Shown here piece after piece: positions 49,535-59,312 of a stretch of 64,000 nt of DNA. The translations under genes were made by a program, and so were the position numbers. This DNA comes from an uncultured cyanobacterium (GTDB lineage: Bacteria; Cyanobacteriota; Cyanobacteriia; PCC-9006; JAAUQQ01). The stretch lies in NCBI GenBank assembly GCA_963718615.1, contig OY970368.1, forward strand, positions 4,352,001 to 4,416,000, read 5' to 3'. The stretch's first letter is position 1. Each line of letters opens with the position of its first letter. The notes beneath the pieces were generated by a model, which saw nothing but the letters and a program-made list of their open reading frames with translations, was not told the DNA's origin and ran no database searches.

Positions 49535-51010
49535 ATGCTCTCTTTTGTGGTTCAGACAGGCTTGGCTCAGACAGGGTTTTCGGTGCCGGATTTGACCCAT
49601 CCCCAGGAGCTGTTGGAGGTGGGGCGATCGCTCCTCGAAGGCTTCAAGTGGCTAATGGTCGTGATCCTGGCCCTGGGGGGGTTGCTGGCGTTGGCGAATT
49701 TCTCCGATCGCTATGGTCGCCCTACCTCAAGGCCCGTCAATGGCCCCGTTGATAGCCCGGTCGATGGCCCCGTCGATAGCCCCGTCGATAGGCTGGAACG
49801 TTCTCCTTGGCTTCAGGGGGAATGGCTCAACTACGGACGACTGCTGGGCGGACTGCGCCATGGGGTGCTGATTGCCCTGCTGGTGATCAGTAGCTTTTTT
49901 TGCTTTTCGACCCTAGCCAATCGCTACCACCACTGGGAGCAGGACAAAATTGCCCAGGTGGCCAACAGCGTCGCCGGAGAGCGCATCGAGCAGCCTGCGC
50001 CCCAGCTACGCTACGTCATCCAAAAACCCTACACGACGGTTACCTACATCAATGGCAAGCCCACAGAGGTGGAGCGGCTCCAGGATATCGATCAGTTTCT
50101 GCCCCTGAGTGAGTCTCAGGTGGAGGTTCAGCTCGAACAGACCACGGACCCAGCGACCAACCGCTTGATTTACCAGTCAGCGTTTCAGGCCACCTACGGC
50201 GTTACCAATACCCTCAGCGTTGCCGAGGACTTTTTCTTTGAACCGACGCCGCCCTACGGCTACAGCCTGCTCCAGGACTACACCGTGACGCGGGAAAGTC
50301 AACCGGTCAATCCCGAAAACCAGGGCGAATATCGCTTTCCGCTGCGGCTCGGTCCCGGCGAAGCCACTCAGTTTCAGGTGGCCTACAAAGCCCAAGGCGC
50401 TCCCCGCTGGGTCTATGGTGCAGGCGGGCGGCTGCTCTCGAAGCTGCGGCTGACGATCTTGGCGAATTTTCCCAAGGCGGATTTTGCCAGCGGCATTGTG
50501 CCCACGGAAATTAAGGACGTCGGCAAAGGCAAGCAGTTCACCTGGGTGTTTGACCAAAATGTCTCAGTCCAAAATCCCTTCGGCGTCTTCACCGCCACCG
50601 AGCGATTCCGCAGTACGGGCGTGATGCCCCGCCTGTTGCTCTTGGCTCCGGGGGTGTTGCTGAGCTGGTTGCTGTTGCTCTATTTGACGATTCCCCTGCG
50701 GCTGCGGGATACGGCGATCGCCACGGCCCTCTTCTTCGCCACGATTCTCATGCTCACCTACGCCAGCCGCATCATTGATGCGCGCTTGGCCTGGGGCCTT
50801 TTACTGCCGCTGTTTTTGCTGTTCGCCTGGGGTTTGGGGCGTCCGGTGCGGCGGGGCGGGGTGGCGATCGCCCTCACCCTCGGGGGCGTAATTTTGCCAA
50901 TTATTGCGCTGCTGGTGCCCTATACGGGGTTGACGTTGGCGATCGCAGCGTTGGTGTCGGTGGGAACGTTGATTCAGCCCTATTTGCGGTTATTCTCGGT
51001 CACAGCCTAA
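49535..51010 (+). CDS. Hypothetical membrane protein (N-terminal TMs, soluble domain, about five C-terminal TMs)
   Basis: Hydrophobicity pattern; internal 12-bp repeat encoding PVNGPVDSPVDGPVDSPVD; topology reminiscent of CreD, unverified. Confidence 0.7.
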   Translation: MLSFVVQTGLAQTGFSVPDLTHPQELLEVGRSLLEGFKWLMVVILALGGLLALANFSDRYGRPTSRPVNGPVDSPVDGPVDSPVDRLERSPWLQGEWLNYGRLLGGLRHGVLIALLVISSFFCFSTLANRYHHWEQDKIAQVANSVAGERIEQPAPQLRYVIQKPYTTVTYINGKPTEVERLQDIDQFLPLSESQVEVQLEQTTDPATNRLIYQSAFQATYGVTNTLSVAEDFFFEPTPPYGYSLLQDYTVTRESQPVNPENQGEYRFPLRLGPGEATQFQVAYKAQGAPRWVYGAGGRLLSKLRLTILANFPKADFASGIVPTEIKDVGKGKQFTWVFDQNVSVQNPFGVFTATERFRSTGVMPRLLLLAPGVLLSWLLLLYLTIPLRLRDTAIATALFFATILMLTYASRIIDARLAWGLLLPLFLLFAWGLGRPVRRGGVAIALTLGGVILPIIALLVPYTGLTLAIAALVSVGTLIQPYLRLFSVTA

Positions 51011-51527
51011 GGCAACATACTAAAACTTGTGAAACGCCTATAACTCTCGGTTGAGGGGGGGTTAAGCAAAAACATTGCTTTGGCCAACTCCTCCTTCATT
51101 CCCCAGCAAAAATAAATTCGGAACGAGTTTAGGTCGTTACAGCCAATCAATGCTAACCAATGAAGCCTGATCTGAACGAGTTATCAAGGGTTTCAGCCCC
51201 TAAAAGTTTTGAATTTACAATTGCTGTTCATTCCCAATAAACTCTATGCAAGCCAACTCAATAAATGCTAAGATAGGGATTGGCCGTAAAAGCAGAGCTG
51301 CTCAATGGGAGCTTACTGGAGTTTCTTCCTTGCCTATGCATTCTCGCCAAGACTGCAATAGGAACTTGGGCTTGGGCTATCATTACGTTAGCCAAGCATT
51401 TGCCTTTTGCTTAATCGCTTGCTTTCTTTGTCACATTGCAGGCAACCTAGCCTTGGAGTGGTAATTCCATTTAGTAGATCACTATATCACGTACTAGGGA
51501 AGCTCGTGTACCCACTAGGATAAAAAC

Positions 51528-51740
51528 ATGAGATACTCAGACAAGAGCGCCAACGCCAATACTGTTGCAGACATACAAGAATTGATAGCGAACGAGAACT
51601 CCTTTGCTCAAGCCAACAAAAGGAACAGTTGTGAATCTTACAACCATGATAAAGTCCTAGAGTTCTTGAGCTCAGACTCAGAGCGATTCAGCAAGATCGT
51701 TGAAAGGCTTTTCACACCTAAGAAGTCTTCTGTTCCTTAG
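51528..51740 (+). CDS. Hypothetical small protein
   Basis: 70-aa ORF with AGGA upstream of ATG; low-GC islet. Confidence 0.5.
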   Translation: MRYSDKSANANTVADIQELIANENSFAQANKRNSCESYNHDKVLEFLSSDSERFSKIVERLFTPKKSSVP

Positions 51741-51910
51741 GCCAGTCTCCGGAATTTTTCCTTCCCACACACTTCCTGACGACCAAAGTAACTATTGATG
51801 CGCACCTGTACTATACTCTAGAGATGAGAATACCTGAGTCACCAGAGATAGAAGTGGTCTATCTCTGTTCAGGTTCTTTCGTCGCTCATTTCTGAAAGTC
51901 GGGTGCTCGA

Positions 51911-52477
51911 ATGATTGGAGTTTTTTATACAAATCAGTATGAAAATCGCAGAAACAGAGATAAAATGAGGCAGAGGGTCGATGAACTCAAACAGGCCGCT
52001 GTCCGATTAGAGGGATGGGCTAAAAATTATATTTATGACGGAATCGAACTAGTCCTCTGTCTCGAGAGACTTGACACTCTCGTAACAAGCTATTTTTATG
52101 ATATTACTAGATATAAGCATTTCCATGGAATGCTTGATGATGGGAGTGAGGCTAACGTAAACTTTCAGAAAGTGTACTCTTACACCGCTAAATGGATCAT
52201 TCGCGAGAAACCTATCTATGTTCTTATTGATGATTTAAGAGCTTTGCAGGAGCATTCTCCAGAAAAAGCTCAACAATATATTGAATTTGCAACTACTGTT
52301 AATGAAGCTTGGCTCATTGCTTGGATTGAGTCAAGCTATTTTTGTCAATCAGGAAAAGATCTTTGTCTAGCGGAAAATAATAATGATAGAGATGGATTAT
52401 TGTATTCGTTGAAGTATAGAGATTTTTCTGTTGCTTGGTTCGAAGAATGGTTAAATGAGAAAATTCTTCACGCCTAG
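51911..52477 (+). CDS. Hypothetical protein (low-GC islet)
   Basis: 188-aa ORF with motif-like YFYDITRYKHFH and KVYSYTAKWIIREKPI; no HIP1 seen. Confidence 0.7.
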   Translation: MIGVFYTNQYENRRNRDKMRQRVDELKQAAVRLEGWAKNYIYDGIELVLCLERLDTLVTSYFYDITRYKHFHGMLDDGSEANVNFQKVYSYTAKWIIREKPIYVLIDDLRALQEHSPEKAQQYIEFATTVNEAWLIAWIESSYFCQSGKDLCLAENNNDRDGLLYSLKYRDFSVAWFEEWLNEKILHA

Positions 52478-52598
52478 TGTTTAATCGGTCGCTTGCGCCA
52501 AGCAGTAATTCTGACAAATTCATTAAAGGGATTTCAGGCCTCAAAGTAGTATGCGAGTAAGAGATCTCATCTGTTAGCAAATTTATTCAATCTCTTGG

Positions 52599-53048
52599 TT
52601 GCTGAAAGACTATACAACTTTATACGAGATTTGGTGTGTGAAATATTCAAGTAATTACAGCAGATTTATTGATGAAATAGTGCAAGAGTACCCTTCTATA
52701 CCAAAGAAGGATATTCCTGAACTGAAAGAAAAGTTAGTTAGTGCACACAATGAAGATCTTAAAGTACAGGACGAACGCCTCCAACGTCAATTTGACTTGC
52801 AGACTAAGAAATGGCTGTCTATTGTTATCGTCACTTTGTTTGGTGCATCTTACATGATCCTTATAATGACTCTTGGGTTCGTCTTTTTTTACGAGATATT
52901 CCTCATCCAATCTCACAACCTTAAGGCATCCGACAGGTCTATCAACTCCAAAGTTATAATGGTTTTGGTAGGTGGAACTATTACGCAGACAGCTATTGCA
53001 TTCATAGCTTTATCTAAGCATTTTTTTGGTTCGAGCGCAGACAAATAG
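52599..53048 (+). CDS. Hypothetical two-TM membrane protein
   Basis: Charged N-terminal part, then two hydrophobic helices; start uncertain (possibly GTG 52638). Confidence 0.65.
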   Translation: MLKDYTTLYEIWCVKYSSNYSRFIDEIVQEYPSIPKKDIPELKEKLVSAHNEDLKVQDERLQRQFDLQTKKWLSIVIVTLFGASYMILIMTLGFVFFYEIFLIQSHNLKASDRSINSKVIMVLVGGTITQTAIAFIALSKHFFGSSADK

Positions 53049-53056
53049 GTTAGACA

Positions 53057-53240
53057 GGGTGAACGAAAAAAAGCGCGCTTAAGAATTAGGAGGTTTTTTT
53101 TGCCAAAAATCGTGCCATCTTGAAGAAGCACTGAGATAAGCGGCCCTGAGACTCATAACGGCCTGAGCACCGTTGTTGGACCAAAACATGCCGGACTGTT
53201 TGAGACGAACGGTGACAATGCGGCGATTGGAACTCTCAAC
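53057..53240 (-). mobile_element. ISKra4/ISLre2-like transposase 3' remnant with probable terminal IR
   Basis: Manual translation VESSNRRIVTVRLKQSGMFWSNNGAQAVMSLRAAYL...; terminus GGGTGAACG at 53057; cut at 53240 by an IS1 end. Confidence 0.7.
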
Positions 53241-53768
53241 GGTAGTCCCCTTAACTGGGTGATAAGGCAGCTATTGCCATTGAAGAAAGATAAAGCAAAC
53301 TAGACGTAGCTTGTAGTGCCAATAGACGGTTGAGTAGGGCGGAAAGTCTTTGGGCAAATCTCCCCAGTTACAGCCATTCTTGAGTTGATAGAGGATGCCA
53401 TCGAGCAGCTCTCGCTTGCTCCATTTACACGGACGAGTCTGTTGTTTCACTGGCAGAACCTCCTCCAGCAGAGGCTCTAGAATCTCCCACTCTTTATCGC
53501 TTAGACTGCTCGAATAGCCCATGGTGACTTCTTTGTAGACTTTCTCTCAGCTTAAGCCAGATCTCAAATGGGTTCTATATCGAGAGATTCAACTGCACTC
53601 TGAGGCAGCGAGTATCACGATTGGTGCGAAAGGCACTGTCATTTTCGAAGACGTTAGAGAATCACAAAGCTGCAATTTGGAATTTTGTGCATCACTACAA
53701 TGAGCAGTGGCGAGCCAAACAAGCTCATCCCGCTTCTTTCTCTACAGCATCCACATAATAGGACTACC
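53241..53768 (+). mobile_element. Degenerate IS1 (both ends retained, interior replaced by IS5 fragment)
   Basis: 53241-53301 aligns with the 7590 end of the intact IS1; 53575-53768 encodes YIERFNCTLRQRVSRLVRKALSFSK..AST* and ends GGACTACC like the 6732 end; flanks share no TSD. Confidence 0.85.
53307..53577 (-). mobile_element. IS5-family element, 5' remnant
   Basis: MGYSSSLSDKEWEILEPLL..GCNWGDLPKDFPPYSTVYWHYK truncated after about 71 codons; probable end AGAACCCATTTGAGATCT near 53577. Confidence 0.85.
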
Positions 53769-54480
53769 TAAATTTTTTATGGTGGGCGTTGCTCAACTTG
53801 CGGATCCTCAACGAGTGGCATGTGAGCTCAACGCACTTCGCTCCAGTCTCATGGCCCACCCACGCTACAGGGGCATTCCCTCAATGCAGCCCGAAGCCAA
53901 AAAGACGGCGATCGCCTTTCATGCCAAAGATGACCATTCGGAGATTCGAGAGCAAGTCTTTGAACTACTCCAGTCCTTTGACACCAAAGTTTTCGTTGCT
54001 ATTCGCAGCAAATCTGAAATTGCTAATGCCGCACAGGCAAATTTCAAGAGTTTGGGCAAGAAGCTACAGCAGAATGCAATCTATGACGATCTGATCAAGC
54101 GACTGTTTAAAAATCTGCTTCACAAAGCAGACATAGTCCAGATTGCGATTGCTAGACGAGGTAAAGAAGCTCGCGAAGACGCTTTAGAGGAGGCCATTAA
54201 CCAAGCTCAGAAAAATTTTGAGTCTCAGTGGAAAATCAGTTCAAAGAGTTCAGTCCTGATAGAACCCGCCTATCCCTCTGAAGTGGAAGGTCTACAGGTT
54301 GTTGACTACTATCTATGGGCGCTACAGCGACTCTACGAACGACAAGAAGCTAATTTTTTTCGGCCACTCGCCAAGAAATACAGGCTAGTTATGGACTTAG
54401 ATGACAGACGCAACAAACCCTATGGAGAGTGGTACAGTGATCGCAATCTTTTAACGCTTGAAAAGATTAAGAGGGGCTAG
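53769..54480 (+). pseudogene. DUF3800-family gene, 5'-truncated by IS1
   Basis: KFFMVGV, FHAKDD, GLQVVDYYLWALQR; the first 20 codons of the ORF-track call are IS1 DNA; N-terminal DE motif absent. Confidence 0.7.
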
Positions 54481-54533
54481 GTTTAAGTAGGGCTACTACT
54501 TAGACACACGGCATGAAGCCGACGTTCGCCCCT
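54472..54533 (+). ncRNA. Candidate DUF3800-associated structured RNA (three-stem junction)
   Basis: AGGGGC/GCCCCT closing stem enclosing GTTTAAGTAG/CTACTTAGAC and CGGC/GCCG hairpins, overlapping the stop codon. Confidence 0.5.
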
Positions 54534-54633
54534 ACCCTAATAATTATACCCTAGGCCAAACAAGTTCCTCAAGGTCTTTCATCCTTGCATTTTCGTATTT
54601 GCTGCTTAAAGAAATGTTAATAGACGAATAGAC

Positions 54634-54960
54634 CTATTTGTCATCCCAAGAAATAGGATCCTCCACCGGTTCTAAATGGGTCGTCACATCCGTTCCCGGT
54701 AAGGTCGAGGCGATCGCCTGTTCAATTGCCTCACAAACCTCATGGCCCCGTTGAACAGTCCAAGCCCCAGGCACCAACACATGGAACGAGACAAATCGAC
54801 GGGCACCGGCCACGCGGCTACGCTGGGCATGGAACCGAATGCCTTGGGCTTCGTATTCGCGGAGGATGAGGGCGATCGCCTGTTGCTCATCCTCTGGAAT
54901 GGCTGCATCCAAAAGGCCCGAGCCTGTTTCTTGTAGCAGCCGGAATCCCGTCCAGACAAT
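54634..54960 (-). pseudogene. Cation diffusion facilitator (FieF-like) C-terminal fragment
   Basis: IVWTGFRLLQETGSGLLDAAIP, RSRVAGARRFVSFHVLVPG, GHEVCEAIE, THLEP; most of the TM domain is missing. Confidence 0.8.
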
Positions 54961-55145
54961 GAACTCATAGTTGTGAGGGCCTATTGGAATGACCTAGTGA
55001 TGAGGGCCAAAATGACGTTTGCTCCCATACTCACTGTAATCGCAGGTTGGTAAAGAATTGGGAAAGACTTGACGCCCTCCTCCAGCCATTTTGGGGTCCC
55101 TGGCGTGGGATACTTTTTGTAAAGCGATCGCAACAAACCCTAACC

Positions 55146-55694
55146 ATGCTGAAGAAAATAGCTGCCCTCCTTTCCTGTCTGCTACTCAGTTTGGGACTCT
55201 CCGGCTGTGTTTCCGCCGGTTCTGGTCTTCAGAGCTACATCGACGCCTTCGATGGCTATGGATTCCTGTATCCCGTCGGTTGGGTGCAGGTGCAGTTGAC
55301 CCAGGAGGGTGGGCCGGACGTGGTGTTTCACGACATCATTAACCCCTCCGAAAATGTCAGCGTCGTGATCAACGCCGTTCCCGAGGGCAAAAGCCTCGAA
55401 GAGCTGGGTTCACCAACGGAAGTGGGCTACAACCTCCAGAAAAACGCCCTGGCTCCGGAAGGATCGGGCCGTACCGCTGAGTTGGTCGATGCCAACGAAC
55501 GCACCAGCGGCAATACAAAATTTTATTTACTGGAATACAAAGTCCATCTGCCCAATCAAGAGCGTCATGACATCGCCAGCGTTGTGGTGCATCGCGGTCA
55601 GCTTTATACGATCAATGCGTCAACGACTGAACAGCGCTGGAATCGGATGAAAAATATTCTGAACGAGGTGGTGACCTCCTTCTCTGTGACCTAG
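55146..55694 (+). CDS. psbP: CyanoP (PsbP-like) lipoprotein
   Basis: Start MLKK at 55146; lipobox LSGC; DGYGFLYPVGW, SENVSVVI, LGSPTEVG. Confidence 0.92.
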   Translation: MLKKIAALLSCLLLSLGLSGCVSAGSGLQSYIDAFDGYGFLYPVGWVQVQLTQEGGPDVVFHDIINPSENVSVVINAVPEGKSLEELGSPTEVGYNLQKNALAPEGSGRTAELVDANERTSGNTKFYLLEYKVHLPNQERHDIASVVVHRGQLYTINASTTEQRWNRMKNILNEVVTSFSVT

Positions 55695-55730
55695 CCCGGT
55701 GACCTAGCCCGGTAACCTAGCCCGTAAATC

Positions 55731-56330
55731 ATGACCTTTCCCCAAATTGTTCTCGCGTCGGCCTCTACCGCGCGGCGTCAACTTTTGCACAATGTTGGCA
55801 TCGACCCCCTGATTCAGCCCAGTCAATTTGATGAAGCTTCAGTTCAAACCACGGACCCGGCGCAACTCGTGGAGGCCTTGGCGATCGCCAAGGCCAGTCT
55901 GATTGCAGCCAATATGACCCTCAGCACTGAGCCCACCGTGGTTTTGGGCTGTGATTCGGTCCTGGTCCTGGCGGGGGAAATCCATGGGAAACCGGCGGAT
56001 GCAGAAGCGGCGATCGCCCGTTGGCAACAGATGCGAGGACAGGTGGGGACGCTGATTACAGGCCATGCGCTGATTGATCTGAATCGCGATCGCAGGCTGG
56101 TTCGGAGCCAATCCACCCAAGTCTATTTTGCCGAGGCGACCGATGCGGAAATTCGCGCCTATGTGGCCACCGGAGAACCCTTGCACTGTGCGGGTTGCTT
56201 TACCTTGGAAGGCCGTGGGGGCGTTTTTATTGAAAGGATTGAGGGCTGCTACAGCAACGTGATTGGCTTGAGTCTGCCGCTGCTGCGTCACATGCTGGCT
56301 GAACTGGGGTATGACTGGGCTGAGCGCTAG
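55731..56330 (+). CDS. maf: Maf nucleotide pyrophosphatase
   Basis: [30 protein letters not shown]. Confidence 0.95.
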   Translation: MTFPQIVLASASTARRQLLHNVGIDPLIQPSQFDEASVQTTDPAQLVEALAIAKASLIAANMTLSTEPTVVLGCDSVLVLAGEIHGKPADAEAAIARWQQMRGQVGTLITGHALIDLNRDRRLVRSQSTQVYFAEATDAEIRAYVATGEPLHCAGCFTLEGRGGVFIERIEGCYSNVIGLSLPLLRHMLAELGYDWAER

Positions 56331-56749
56331 CGCGGCTCCGAGGAGTTGAGCAGATACCTCAAAATACGGCAGCGGCAAGTGGGAGACATAGGGCATTTAT
56401 CAAGGAATCACAAATCTATCAGCCAACTTTATGTTGATTTCTTAAACTCCTAAAATAAGCAGCAGAGACATAGCCAAAAATGGCTAGAATAAGAATCTAG
56501 CTTTGGTGGACAAAAAGCGTCTCGCGATTAATCTTAAGGAAAAGTATTTAAAAGCTTTTCTAGGCGTGATAAACCACGTGAAAACCCATTGAGATCGTGA
56601 CAAAAAACCTGATGTAATTTTAGCATGAGCAGCGTTTTGCAACCCACTTAAAGCGATTAAAAGTGATTTAATTGTAGTCTTCTCCTTGTTGATTTGAGCT
56701 TTATCTTGAGTATTTACAAGTTCTCAAGTGACTTCAGATTGGAGTAAAT

Positions 56750-58051
56750 ATGTCTACGAATTTAAGTTCCATTAACTTCAGTTTTCGTGCCGAAATCGTC
56801 GAAGACTTGAATCAGGGTTTAATCAACGATTCTACGGTTAATACTTTGGGCGGGAACGATGTGCTGAAGGGCAAAGTCTCTTCTGCCCTGCCTGGTTCTG
56901 TGGCCTACGGAATTCGCAACACCGCAACGGGTCGGTTAACGACGACTTGGGGAAATGATTTACTCGTTGGTGAAGCCGTCTTTGGTCTGGGACTGAGTGT
57001 GATTGGCATTGAGAATGCAGGCATCATTGAGACTGGAGTCGGCAACGATATTCTTATTGCAAATGGCTCCAATAATAGTGGACTAGTGAACCTAACTGGA
57101 GCATTGATTGACCTGAGTCATGGCGATGATTCTATCACCGCTAGTGGCAGCACTGCTCTCCTCAACAATCCAGGGGCAAAGATTCTTGCAGGCACAGGCA
57201 ATGACTCTATTACTGCTAATGGCATCTTTGGATTGGAAAACAGTGGCTTGATCGACATGGATCACGGTGATGACGCAATTTACGCGAGCGGGGGACCCGG
57301 CACTGGCTTGAGCAATCAGGCTGGAACAATCTTGATGGGAACAGGCAATGATTTGATTCGGGTATATGGTCAATTTAATGCAATTAGCAACTTCGAAAAG
57401 GCATTGATTGATGCAGGTTTTGGCAACGATCGTATCGAGGGACATGGTGGTATTACGGGGGTAAGTAATGCCCAAAACGGTACCCTGCTAACTGGCGGAG
57501 GAGAAGATGTCATCTGGGCTTCCGGTGGTTTGAGCGGCGTCAATAATGAGGGCCTCATTGATATGGGGTATGAGAATGATTCTCTCACTGGATTTAGTGT
57601 GGTGAATCCTTTCATTTCCAGCAACAATATTGGGAGTGGTATCTACAATAGCGGCCACATTGACATGGGTGGCGGCGATGATTGGGTTCGAGGCATCGGC
57701 GGTTCGATCACGGATGGCATTACCGGAGGGGGAACGGTGGACTTGGGCAGCGGCAACGATCGCTTCTCTGCCTTTGGGAATCAAACCGTAGAGGGAGGAT
57801 TCGGGTTTGATATGTTATTGCTAGATGGCTCATTTGATGCCGAGTTGGACCGTAACTTGCCTAGTGTTTCCCTCGGTGGTTCTGCCAGCATTCGGCTGGG
57901 TAGCTTGCCCAATAGCTTTGTCTTTTCATCCATTCATCCGCTCTCTGGACTGCTTACCGAGATGACGGTGATTAACTTTGAGGAATTTCGGCTGAGTGGC
58001 GCAACGTTCTCCGCTCAAGCGCTGAAAACAAGCTTGGAGGCGGTGGCCTAA
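56750..58051 (+). CDS. RTX/hemolysin-type Ca-binding repeat protein
   Basis: Recurrent GxGND/GDD nonapeptide-like motifs alternating with GL/IxNxGxI; no signal peptide. Confidence 0.8.
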   Translation: MSTNLSSINFSFRAEIVEDLNQGLINDSTVNTLGGNDVLKGKVSSALPGSVAYGIRNTATGRLTTTWGNDLLVGEAVFGLGLSVIGIENAGIIETGVGNDILIANGSNNSGLVNLTGALIDLSHGDDSITASGSTALLNNPGAKILAGTGNDSITANGIFGLENSGLIDMDHGDDAIYASGGPGTGLSNQAGTILMGTGNDLIRVYGQFNAISNFEKALIDAGFGNDRIEGHGGITGVSNAQNGTLLTGGGEDVIWASGGLSGVNNEGLIDMGYENDSLTGFSVVNPFISSNNIGSGIYNSGHIDMGGGDDWVRGIGGSITDGITGGGTVDLGSGNDRFSAFGNQTVEGGFGFDMLLLDGSFDAELDRNLPSVSLGGSASIRLGSLPNSFVFSSIHPLSGLLTEMTVINFEEFRLSGATFSAQALKTSLEAVA

Positions 58052-58305
58052 TTTGCGGTGGCCTAATTTGCGGTGGCCTAATTTACGATTTACGGTGGTC
58101 GTAACTGAGGCACAGTCTTGTTCCCCAGAGTGCTGGGCGATCGCCCCCCAAACCTACTGGATTTCCCTGAAAAGTTTGACGTTCGGCGACGGAGAAGCTA
58201 GTCAATCCTGCGGTGGGGTTTGCCCAGGACAAACAGTCATAATCGCATTAGAGTCAGGGCTGCCTACCCCTTTTTCGCCCATGCTATCTCAGATGCACCC
58301 TAGCG

Positions 58306-59271
58306 ATGTCAGATTTATCCATCTCAGCCATTATTTGTACCCATAATCGCGATCGCTACCTTGGTGCAGCGATCGATAGCCTTTTGGCCCAGGATTGGCC
58401 TGACTTCGAGGTCATCGTCGTGGACAATGCCTCCACCGATAGCACCCGTACCCTGGTGGAAGCTCGTTTGACTGACCCTCGCCTCAAATATATCTACGAA
58501 TCCACATTGGGTCTCTCAACCGCGCGCAATCGCGGTTTCCTGGAATCCAGCGGTGACATCATTGCCTATCTGGATGACGATGCCGTTGCTGAACCCTACT
58601 GGTTGCGGCAATTGATCATGGCCTACCAAACCCAGGAGCGGTTGGCGATCGCGGGGGGTCGAGTCACCCTGCTGTGGCCCGAGGCGCAACCCCAGCCCCG
58701 CTGGATCTCAGAAGCAATGCTGTCCTGCTTGGGGGCCTACGATCTAGGTCCAGAGGTCATCAATATTGAACAGCCCAGTCTGACGCCACGGGGATTGAAC
58801 TATTCCCTACGGCGATCTTTTCTCGAAGCGGTGGGGGGATTTGATGCGCAGTTTGGGCGGGTCGGCAACAATCTGCTCTCCAACGAAGAATTGGTGATGA
58901 CCGAGCTGGCCTTAGCCAAAGGCTGGCAGGTGCAATATCTACCCGCAGCCCTGGTGGCCCACAATGTTGCCCTAGAGCGGATTCAGCGCCACTGGTTTTT
59001 GCGCCGCAGTTGGTGGCAGGGCGTGAGCGAATGCTATCGCGATCAATTGGCAGGCCGATCGCTCCGGACTCAGGTGGGAGCCGCTGGAGAACGTTTAGTA
59101 CGGGGGCTGTATAAGGCGGTGAAGTCGATCGCCCAGCCCGCCGTCTGTTTCGACAATCTGACCTATGCCTATGGGCAAATTGGCTATATGAGCACTGCAG
59201 TCAATGCTTTTATAAAGACTGTTATGAAGGCTGTGTTCAAGCGATCCACTGAATCCGGGGAGATGGCCTAG
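58306..59271 (+). CDS. Glycosyltransferase family 2
   Basis: IICTHNR, VDNASTD, GLSTARNRG, YLDDD, SNEE. Confidence 0.92.
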   Translation: MSDLSISAIICTHNRDRYLGAAIDSLLAQDWPDFEVIVVDNASTDSTRTLVEARLTDPRLKYIYESTLGLSTARNRGFLESSGDIIAYLDDDAVAEPYWLRQLIMAYQTQERLAIAGGRVTLLWPEAQPQPRWISEAMLSCLGAYDLGPEVINIEQPSLTPRGLNYSLRRSFLEAVGGFDAQFGRVGNNLLSNEELVMTELALAKGWQVQYLPAALVAHNVALERIQRHWFLRRSWWQGVSECYRDQLAGRSLRTQVGAAGERLVRGLYKAVKSIAQPAVCFDNLTYAYGQIGYMSTAVNAFIKTVMKAVFKRSTESGEMA

Positions 59272-59312
59272 CGGCCTCGCCCCATTCTGCCAGCGTTGGC
59301 TGGCTGACCCCC

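Noticed and set aside
51246-51464. 72-aa ORF
   Set aside because: No motif or clear RBS; likely non-coding upstream region
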